From: a virus
IMG/VR virus record: IMGVR_UViG_3300030012_001696
Coordinates: 7,601-71,600 of that record
DNA: 64,000 nucleotides
Strand: one strand, 5' to 3'
The notes below the pieces were generated by a model that worked only from the letters and a program-made list of their open reading frames with translations, did no database searches and was not told the DNA's origin. The translations under genes were made by a program, and so were the position numbers. Shown piece by piece: positions 37,876 through 45,843 of this stretch; position 1 is the stretch's first letter, and the number at the start of each line of letters is the position of its first letter.

Positions 37876-37905
37876 CTAGCATCCACATCCACATTCACAG
37901 TTCAT
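37876..37905 (-). CDS. 9-aa Cys-rich micropeptide MNCECGCGC, copy A
   Basis: AGGAGG RBS; the identical peptide is encoded at 47973-48002 with 5 synonymous changes. Confidence 0.75.
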   Translation of the reverse strand: MNCECGCGC

Positions 37906-37914
37906 GTTGCCCTC

Positions 37915-38067
37915 CTATTTCAATGCTTTTTTAACTTCAGCCCAAACTTCATCGTCTAGCTTATTATCAGACTTAGCAATAAAATAATCACCTAGTTTTA
38001 ATAATACAGCTTTTAGAATTTTTTCGCTTAAGAGGCTTGTAAGTAATTTACTAACTACAATATTCAT
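37915..38067 (-). CDS. 50-aa amphipathic protein, copy A
   Basis: AGGAG RBS; MNIVVSKLLTSL...AKSDNKLDDEVWAEVKKALK; homolog at 48012-48170. Confidence 0.75.
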   Translation of the reverse strand: MNIVVSKLLTSLLSEKILKAVLLKLGDYFIAKSDNKLDDEVWAEVKKALK

Positions 38068-38075
38068 ATTATCTC

Positions 38076-38459
38076 CTATTGAATTTCCTTTTTAATCTTA
38101 TCAAATACCTCTTTCTCATCAAATCTCATACTAATACCAGGTTCATATCTCATAACCTCTTTACCTTCTTTTAAAATAATAATAGTAGGAACAACTTTAA
38201 CTTTCCATTCTTTTTGTATAACTGCACCAATAGCTTTATTACTTAAATCTATTTCTGCTACATAACAAAGTTTAGCTAATTTTTCTACTTTAACTCTATT
38301 TGCATGATTCCAAGATGCGTTTACTTGGACTACTGCACATTTTTGTACATTTAACGCTTGTATTTCTTGAAAACTATTTAAGTTGACTGATTGTGAGTGC
38401 AACCAAGATAGTGACGAGAAGAGCGTTAATACCAAGTATGATATAAATTTGTTGTTCAT
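38076..38459 (-). CDS. Secreted thioredoxin-fold protein lacking CxxC, copy A
   Basis: Signal-peptide-like N-terminus; VVQVNASWNHAN in place of WCxxC; VVPTIIILKEGKEV cis-Pro segment. Confidence 0.75.
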   Translation of the reverse strand: MNNKFISYLVLTLFSSLSWLHSQSVNLNSFQEIQALNVQKCAVVQVNASWNHANRVKVEKLAKLCYVAEIDLSNKAIGAVIQKEWKVKVVPTIIILKEGKEVMRYEPGISMRFDEKEVFDKIKKEIQ

Positions 38460-38471
38460 TTGTAAACCTCA

Positions 38472-38768
38472 TTATTTGTTATTCATGTCTATAAGGGTTT
38501 CAGTGATAGCTCTTGTATCATCTTTAATGTCATCTACTTTTTCTTCAAGCTTATCTACTTTACCTTCTGTATTTAATATAGAATCACGAATCATTTGGTC
38601 TTTCAAATCATACTCCATACGTGATACTTCTGGTTCTGGTAGTTCTTTTGCAAGTTCTATTTCTGCTTGTAAAGAATACCACATACCGATTATCATTCCT
38701 ATAGTGACTACGATACTAATTCCAGTTTCTAAAGATAGTGTAAATTTTGTGTCTTTACCGACTTCCAT
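38472..38768 (-). CDS. Single-TM coiled-coil protein, copy A
   Basis: Hydrophobic N-terminal helix plus heptad repeats; 94/98 residues identical to 49020-49316. Confidence 0.75.
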   Translation of the reverse strand: MEVGKDTKFTLSLETGISIVVTIGMIIGMWYSLQAEIELAKELPEPEVSRMEYDLKDQMIRDSILNTEGKVDKLEEKVDDIKDDTRAITETLIDMNNK

Positions 38769-38822
38769 TGTATTCCCCTATTATTTTAAATTAAAGTAAG
38801 GGGGACTAAGCCCCCTCCCTTT

Positions 38823-38987
38823 CTACTTTTCTTCTTTTGGAAGAGGTGGTATTACTTTAAATCCTTGTTCTTTCAAACCAGAAATATAATTGTGCATACC
38901 ACGTAATTCAGCTATTTGAGCTTCAATAGATTTTAGAGTATCCTCTAAATTCATTTCCTGTTGTTGCTCTACTTTTTCTTTAGCCAT
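38823..38987 (-). CDS. 54-aa coiled-coil protein
   Basis: AAGGAG RBS; MAKEKVEQQQE... translated by eye. Confidence 0.6.
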   Translation of the reverse strand: MAKEKVEQQQEMNLEDTLKSIEAQIAELRGMHNYISGLKEQGFKVIPPLPKEEK

Positions 38988-39040
38988 TGTTTCTCCTTAT
39001 TTACTATTAATAGTATTAGAATTTATTACATAAATAGTAT

Positions 39041-40111
39041 TTATTCAAGTTCTGAATGAACTAATACGCCACCTGCGTAAAAATTATTGTTTTTTGTTAA
39101 TATTGTATATGTAGTGTCTTTGTCTGCTATATACTCAAACCTATGTATTTCTTTAGTGCCGTCTATCATTTGTATGCTATTGCCTACTTCTAATTGCTCA
39201 ACATCTAAATTGTATAAATCTTTACTCCTTTGCGGTCTATAACTAGCCATAGAGCCATCTGCTAAATAAATAGGGTGGTCTCTAGTAACTATTATATTTT
39301 TTAATTCATCATTATCATCATACATAACTTTAATTAAATTGTTATGTGCTACAAATAATGTATCTAATATTGGTACTTCTTCTATACTTTCTGTTTCAAA
39401 GTTATAAGAATATATAATATCACCATCATCTAAATCATATATACTTTTCATACCATCAGGAGTATTTACTAATATACTACCATGTATACAAAATCCACCA
39501 AATGCTTGGAATGTTATATTGCCAGTTATAGCTGCAGTATTAGCACCATTATTTACCAACGTAAAACTAAATGAACCTGTACCATCTTTATTAGAAGGTG
39601 TATGTTGCCAACCTGGTCTTAACTTTAATGTACCAGAATTAAAGCTACTTAATGAACTTTCTAATTGACTAATAGTAGATGCTCCACTTGTACTAGTACT
39701 TGGTGTGCTGCCGTCTGTAGTAAATTGAAACTTTAAATTACCAAATGGTCCACCACTGGTAGTAAAATTATTTACATCAACACCACCGCTACCACCAGAT
39801 AATGTTATTGTTGCAAAACTATTTGCCATATCAGTATCCCCAGCTTCTCCAGTACAATGTAATCCAGTGTTACCACTAATAGACCAAGATACTCCAGCGT
39901 CGTGGTCGTAACTATAAAACTCTGTCATTGAATGAGGTGCACTACCATCAGGTCTATCAGCACTTGCATTAGCTGTATTAATAGTGTGTCCATATAATGC
40001 ACCACTACCAGTAGATAAATTTTCTAATTCAGAATTAGCTCTATTACTAGCATAATCTAACTCAGTTAGTATCTGACTTATCTTTATTTCGCCTGATGAT
40101 TGTAAAGCCAT
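39041..40111 (-). CDS. Tail-associated protein with C-terminal Hint (intein-like) domain
   Basis: MALQSSG N-terminus; C-IHGSILV (block A), TRDHP (block B), NNNFYAGGVLVHS (blocks F/G). Confidence 0.8.
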   Translation of the reverse strand: MALQSSGEIKISQILTELDYASNRANSELENLSTGSGALYGHTINTANASADRPDGSAPHSMTEFYSYDHDAGVSWSISGNTGLHCTGEAGDTDMANSFATITLSGGSGGVDVNNFTTSGGPFGNLKFQFTTDGSTPSTSTSGASTISQLESSLSSFNSGTLKLRPGWQHTPSNKDGTGSFSFTLVNNGANTAAITGNITFQAFGGFCIHGSILVNTPDGMKSIYDLDDGDIIYSYNFETESIEEVPILDTLFVAHNNLIKVMYDDNDELKNIIVTRDHPIYLADGSMASYRPQRSKDLYNLDVEQLEVGNSIQMIDGTKEIHRFEYIADKDTTYTILTKNNNFYAGGVLVHSELE

Positions 40112-40157
40112 TATTTGCCCTTTATGCGATTAATTAATTTGATTAAATATGCAATCA

Positions 40158-40403
40158 TTACTCAGCGTCTCTAATTGCTTTTAAATCAACTAATTCAGCA
40201 TCTACTTCAGTAAGCTGTGCTTCTAAACTAGCTTTATGTGCTTCTGCTTGTGATATAGCATTATCCACTGGTTGAACATCAGTGTAATCTACTACTTCTA
40301 CATCTTTACCTGAAGCATCTTGCATTGTTCTTGTATGTTTAATTTCTACCATTTTAGGTGAATCAACTGCTTCTTGTGTTTTTTCTGCGATTACTTTAGC
40401 CAT
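40158..40403 (-). CDS. Small tail-fibre-associated protein
   Basis: Coupled to the fibre gene; coiled-coil C-terminus. Confidence 0.6.
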   Translation of the reverse strand: MAKVIAEKTQEAVDSPKMVEIKHTRTMQDASGKDVEVVDYTDVQPVDNAISQAEAHKASLEAQLTEVDAELVDLKAIRDAE

Positions 40404-43400
40404 TTAACTTCTCCTTAAGTTCGTTTATTTGTTGTTGTTGTTCTTGTACTGCTTTTATTAATACTGAAGTTAGTTTAGCATAGTCTACTGTTTTGTGAGT
40501 ATCCTCACTATTTAATGTATCTACTTCTACTACTACTTCTGGTATAATCTTTTCTATCTCTTGTGCTATCACACCAATATCGTGTTGTCCATTTCTTTTG
40601 TCTTTCCAGTCAAATGATACTGGTCTAATATCTAGCACATCTTTTAATCCATAATTTAGATTTTCTACATTTTCTTTTAGTTTTGCGTCTGATGCAATAG
40701 TTGTAGAAAATGCTACTACATCACCATCAAATAATCCATTACCATCTTCATCTACTCTAAAACAAACATCTGTAATAGGTGCCGTTGCACTATTTGAAAT
40801 ACTTCCACTTTCTATATCTGTTCTACCCCAAAATAAGTACTTATCACTATTAATTAACATTCCGTGAGTATTAGTACTATTACCAGCTGACTTTAAGTAT
40901 GTATAATCTCCTAAGTTACTACCATAAGAATTATAAATAATATCGTGAGTAGGAGCATTAGACCAAGATGATATATTCATTCTTAATAAAGTACCATTTG
41001 TGTTAGCTTGATAATAACTATGAGCATATCCTATATTGTAGTATAAATTTGCCCAACCATTACCACTATTTAAAAAGTTAAATGCACTATTTCCATTACC
41101 CTTCATACGTAATGTGTTTGTTAATTCTCCTAATGCAAAATCATCTCCAGCTTGTACTGTTATTGCTCCACTAACTTTTAAATCAGATGTTCCTCCATCT
41201 GCTTGCACAACATACAGTTGAGAAGCTCCACTTGCTCTAATACCAGGAGCATTTGCGTAATTAGATGATGTACTACTATAAAAACCACCACCTTGATTAG
41301 TACCAGATTCGTAAGCAAAATAACTACCATCTACAATAGTACTAATTTGTGCATTCTTTTCTACAATACTAAATACACCACCATCGTGTTGTACTCCACA
41401 AACTCTTTCCCAACCATTGCTTCCTAAATCTCCTATCCAAGAACCTGTGCTTAATACTCCAGATGTACTATCTCCAGCATAAGAACTACCGTTAGCTACT
41501 GTTAAATTACCAGCAATATCTACATTACCATTATCTAGTCTAACGCTCATTTTTCTATAAGCAGTTCTATCGTTACCAGAATTATTTTTAAATGTTTTTG
41601 AACCTAAACTTGGAGAACTTGAACCTCCAGTAAAATCAATTCTATTAGCACCATTTTCTGTATTTATACCCCACTCAACGTGCGGTTCAAAGTCAGCAAA
41701 TATAATAGTATCACCTTCAGTTGTTGCTTGTTGTATTGCTATTGCTGCTCCTGAATCTCCAGTTCCTGAAGAATGTATAGTTACAGCTGGATAATTATTT
41801 GTAGCAAAAGTCTTCTTAATAGTGTTGCTACCGCTTCCTAAATCTATACTAGCTTCAACTAAACCATCAGTATAAGACAATGTATTAACATCTCTTGTCC
41901 ACATAAAATCAGAACCCCAACCATGTAAAGTTCCATCGTCTGCTGCCATATCCCAAAGTTCTACAAAATATAAAATATTATATGCATTTGCATGATTGTG
42001 ATATACTTTTAAATTACTTCCATCTACAACTGCAAGAGGGTGATTAGAACTACTACCTTTTCTAGAAACAAGGTGTAATTTCCAAGCTGAATTGTCTTGG
42101 TCATAAGTTAAAATATATACAGCTCCAGTATCTGTACCAGTACCAGTTGTATTTAAAGTAATTCTATATTGATAATTTACATGTAAAGTTGTTCCTAATT
42201 CAGTACTTAAAGTAATAGCTTGTCCATTTGAAGTACCAGCACCAGTTACAGTTACACTACCTCTATTATATTTTCTACCAGCAAATTCTATACTACCATC
42301 TACGTGTAGCAATTCTCCAATAGAGCTAGTTCCAATACCCACCCTATCAGTACTTGCATCAGTATATAATAAAGTATCATCGTTTTGTCCTTTAACAATA
42401 AAGTCGTAATTATCTCCACCATTATTAACAGTAAATCCTCTGTAATAATTATGTCTTGATGATTCATAAATATAAGCTAATTCATTACCACTTGAAGTCG
42501 GCAAATATTCGTGCCAAGCGTCTGTGTTCCAACTTGGTATTCCTATCCAACCATTAGCATTGTTATCTGTATTTCTAAACTCTATTCTTTGTGTAGCTGT
42601 TCCAGATAGTAATAAATAAGTAGCACTTCCTCCACCTACGCTTTCAAAATTACTACCAGTACCATAAAACTTAAAATCACCATCAGTGGCAATATCAAAT
42701 CTAGTAGCACTTGCAGTGTTATCCCATAGACTAAATTTATCTGCATTATTTACACCTAAATTATATTGTTGTGCGTCATTAAAATATTGTACTTGTGCAT
42801 TACCATTTGTTTTATCAGTTTCTAATCTTAAATACACATCATTAGATGCATCTTTTACGTGCAATCTAACATCAGGATTTGTTAATCCCATCCCAATGTT
42901 TCCACCATTTAAATAACTATTACCATTAACATTTAATTTTACTCTTGTTTCATAATTAGCGTTGTTTGTTGGGTCTGTTGCTTTATATAATAGAAAATAA
43001 CCACTACTACCACTACTAAAAAATCTTGCTGTTGGAACTGCTCCACCTTGTCCGTTTCTAGCAAAAGATATATCTTGTCCCCAACGATATGATTTAATTT
43101 GTAAATGGTCTCCCGCATTTATAATACCACCTGCGTCGTCGTATGTGCTAAACTCATACATAAATGCACTATTAGAAGTTGTTTGTCCTAAATATAAATT
43201 AACAGCTTCACTAGACGTTCCTCTAAATTGACCTATACCAGCAACATCAAGAGTTGCATTTGGCGATGAACGAAGAATACCAATTCTATTAGAACTTGCA
43301 TCTGCAAATAATAAATGAGCATTTGTATCACTTTCTACTCTAAAATCTACATTGCTTTGACTTTCATTTACTACTACTTGATAACCACTTGCTGCTTTTA

Positions 43401-45843
43401 AATCTAAATTGTTTGCTCCAGTTGCTGTAACTATTGCTCTACCAGTATCCCAGGATAATATTCCATGTGCTGCTGCACTACCCCAATGTATAGTACCATC
43501 ATCTTTTAAATAAATTCTATCTCCTATATCTAAGGTAGCTCCAGGACTTGAAGTTGAAATACCAACTCTATCAGCACTCGCATCTACAAAAAATAAATGA
43601 GTGTCTGTATCTCCCTCAATTCTTGTATCGTAATTTCCACCATCTTGATTTACTGTTAATCCTCTATGAATTTGAACAGAATTAACACCCCAAGTCTGTA
43701 CCATAGCACTATTTGTAGTATCTCTTAGATATAATACATCTTCTCCACTATTGTTATATTGAAGAAAGTTAGTATTTCCATTTGTAAATGCTACACCATA
43801 ATTAGTAGTAATTGTTGAACTTGCACTCAATGCACCTGTTAATGCTAAGGTACTTCCATTAAAAGTAAGATTAGCTTCTCCATTTAAAGCTGTTGAACTA
43901 CTAAATGTTGCTATTCTATTATTACTACCATTTGCTACTGCTGATACTGCACCACTGCTTTGAGAGTCTACATATGCCTTAACACTTTGTTGAGTAGGTA
44001 CATGGTCAGCACTATTAGAAGCCATATTGTCTTCATCTTTAGTTGGAAGTCTATCTATATCTAATGAACCAGTTAAATTACCAGCATCTAAGTAATAGCT
44101 ACCTTGACTTCCATCTAGAGTATCAGCGTCTAGTCCACTACCACTTCCGTCATTACCACTATGCCACATCTCAAACCAACTACCAAAACTACCATTAGAA
44201 ACTCTTCTTATAAAAAATAATTGATTATCATTAGCTCCACCAGACATCTGTAATCCGTAATTACCACTACCGTCAGTTTGATGTGAGTATAAATTTAATC
44301 CCCAATTAGCATTATTAGCCATTGAGCCACTACCACCCAATGGAGTATTAGTAGAACTATTACTATATCTAAATGGTTGTAATCCAGATGCTTTGCTAGT
44401 TGATATATCACTAGTAAATGCAGTATTTAAATTTGTAAATTCAGCTCCATTAAGTATAGCTGTTGTAGTTGTATCTCCTAATAGTTTACCAGTAAAAGTA
44501 ATATTACCAGCAGCAGTATCTCCAGTATCACTTCTTAAATATTTAGTGTCTGTATGTTGTGTAATACTTGAAGCTGCTATTCTTGCATCTGCAAATGTGC
44601 CACTTGTTATTTTATTTGCTGATAAGTTAGGTATTCTTGAAGTTCCTAGTATACCAGTTGTAATCTTATTTGCTGATAAGTTAGGTATTCTACCAGTTGC
44701 TAGTGTACCAGATACTACTTTATTTGCAGGAATATCATCTAATGTTGCTAAGTCGCCTAAACTTGCAGTAGTTGCTAATCCACTAATTCTACTAGTTACG
44801 TGGTCATATATAGCGTTACCAGTTGCCAAAGTTGTAGCACCATCTGAAACTGCAGCAGTATCTAATTCAGCACCAGTTCCTAATCCTAAATTACTTCTTG
44901 CTGTTGAAGCACTTGCCAAGTCAGATAGGTTGCTTGATTTTAATAAGTTAAGACTTGCACTGCCAGTTACATTTCCTGTTACGTTTCCTGTTACATTGCC
45001 TGTAAAACTAGGTGCTGTTATCGTATGAGAAAAATCAAATTCATCATTAGTTGCATCCCATAGCATTGTTGCATCAGTTGATGAATTTACAGCATCTTGT
45101 ATTGTAATACCTGCACCATCTGCAGAGCTTGAAGTATCATTAGTAGCATGATAATTCATTACAATGTTTTTATCTTCTACTTGTAAAGTAGCTGTATTTA
45201 AAGTTGTAGTATCACCCTGTACAGTCAAATCTCCACTTATTTGTACACCATTTGAAAATATAGCATCTCCTGATGTAGAAAGTATTACAGCAATAGCAGA
45301 AGATGAGCCTGATTTCAATGTAAGTCCACCAAGAACTTGGCTTAATCTACCATATTCTGTGCCACCGTCTTTTAGTATAATTTCAGAACCATCTGCATCA
45401 AGAGTTATATTTCCTGCTACATCAATACTATCTGCTACTAAATTTCCTGTAACAATAGGACTTGCTAAAGTTTTGTTGGTAAGTGTTTGAGAGCCAGTAA
45501 GTGTTGCTACTGTAGAATCAATAGATATATCATCTGCATTAGCATCTATACCTGTACCGCCAACTACGTCTAAAGTTATCTCTCCAGTAAGACCGCCACC
45601 AGTAAGACCAGCACCAGCTATAATTTCATGAATGTTTCCTGTTTCGTCTGTTTCTGTTGACAAGGTAGGAGATACCTGTGTAAATTCTTGTTGATATACG
45701 ATACCATTTCTTTTTTCTTGCTTAAATAATTTACCTTTCTCAAGAAAAGAAATAGACTCACCTTCTCTTATGTTTGATATAGAAGGTCGTACCTTAAAGA
45801 AGGAGTCAATATTGTTGACTAAGTGTTTGCCAGATTTAGGCAT
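40396..45843 (-). CDS. Long tail fibre with C-terminal peptidase S74 intramolecular chaperone
   Basis: G/S/T/N-rich; QTLTNKTL, GSGLDADTLDG and RVGIGTSS repeats; SDAKLKENV...IGVIAQEIE..IPEVV...VDYAKL. Confidence 0.9.
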   Translation of the reverse strand: MPKSGKHLVNNIDSFFKVRPSISNIREGESISFLEKGKLFKQEKRNGIVYQQEFTQVSPTLSTETDETGNIHEIIAGAGLTGGGLTGEITLDVVGGTGIDANADDISIDSTVATLTGSQTLTNKTLASPIVTGNLVADSIDVAGNITLDADGSEIILKDGGTEYGRLSQVLGGLTLKSGSSSAIAVILSTSGDAIFSNGVQISGDLTVQGDTTTLNTATLQVEDKNIVMNYHATNDTSSSADGAGITIQDAVNSSTDATMLWDATNDEFDFSHTITAPSFTGNVTGNVTGNVTGSASLNLLKSSNLSDLASASTARSNLGLGTGAELDTAAVSDGATTLATGNAIYDHVTSRISGLATTASLGDLATLDDIPANKVVSGTLATGRIPNLSANKITTGILGTSRIPNLSANKITSGTFADARIAASSITQHTDTKYLRSDTGDTAAGNITFTGKLLGDTTTTAILNGAEFTNLNTAFTSDISTSKASGLQPFRYSNSSTNTPLGGSGSMANNANWGLNLYSHQTDGSGNYGLQMSGGANDNQLFFIRRVSNGSFGSWFEMWHSGNDGSGSGLDADTLDGSQGSYYLDAGNLTGSLDIDRLPTKDEDNMASNSADHVPTQQSVKAYVDSQSSGAVSAVANGSNNRIATFSSSTALNGEANLTFNGSTLALTGALSASSTITTNYGVAFTNGNTNFLQYNNSGEDVLYLRDTTNSAMVQTWGVNSVQIHRGLTVNQDGGNYDTRIEGDTDTHLFFVDASADRVGISTSSPGATLDIGDRIYLKDDGTIHWGSAAAHGILSWDTGRAIVTATGANNLDLKAASGYQVVVNESQSNVDFRVESDTNAHLLFADASSNRIGILRSSPNATLDVAGIGQFRGTSSEAVNLYLGQTTSNSAFMYEFSTYDDAGGIINAGDHLQIKSYRWGQDISFARNGQGGAVPTARFFSSGSSGYFLLYKATDPTNNANYETRVKLNVNGNSYLNGGNIGMGLTNPDVRLHVKDASNDVYLRLETDKTNGNAQVQYFNDAQQYNLGVNNADKFSLWDNTASATRFDIATDGDFKFYGTGSNFESVGGGSATYLLLSGTATQRIEFRNTDNNANGWIGIPSWNTDAWHEYLPTSSGNELAYIYESSRHNYYRGFTVNNGGDNYDFIVKGQNDDTLLYTDASTDRVGIGTSSIGELLHVDGSIEFAGRKYNRGSVTVTGAGTSNGQAITLSTELGTTLHVNYQYRITLNTTGTGTDTGAVYILTYDQDNSAWKLHLVSRKGSSSNHPLAVVDGSNLKVYHNHANAYNILYFVELWDMAADDGTLHGWGSDFMWTRDVNTLSYTDGLVEASIDLGSGSNTIKKTFATNNYPAVTIHSSGTGDSGAAIAIQQATTEGDTIIFADFEPHVEWGINTENGANRIDFTGGSSSPSLGSKTFKNNSGNDRTAYRKMSVRLDNGNVDIAGNLTVANGSSYAGDSTSGVLSTGSWIGDLGSNGWERVCGVQHDGGVFSIVEKNAQISTIVDGSYFAYESGTNQGGGFYSSTSSNYANAPGIRASGASQLYVVQADGGTSDLKVSGAITVQAGDDFALGELTNTLRMKGNGNSAFNFLNSGNGWANLYYNIGYAHSYYQANTNGTLLRMNISSWSNAPTHDIIYNSYGSNLGDYTYLKSAGNSTNTHGMLINSDKYLFWGRTDIESGSISNSATAPITDVCFRVDEDGNGLFDGDVVAFSTTIASDAKLKENVENLNYGLKDVLDIRPVSFDWKDKRNGQHDIGVIAQEIEKIIPEVVVEVDTLNSEDTHKTVDYAKLTSVLIKAVQEQQQQINELKEKLNG

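Noticed and set aside
39041-45843. Diversity-generating retroelement acting on the tail fibre
   Set aside because: There is no reverse transcriptase, and the duplicated segments differ mainly at synonymous positions rather than specifically at adenines.
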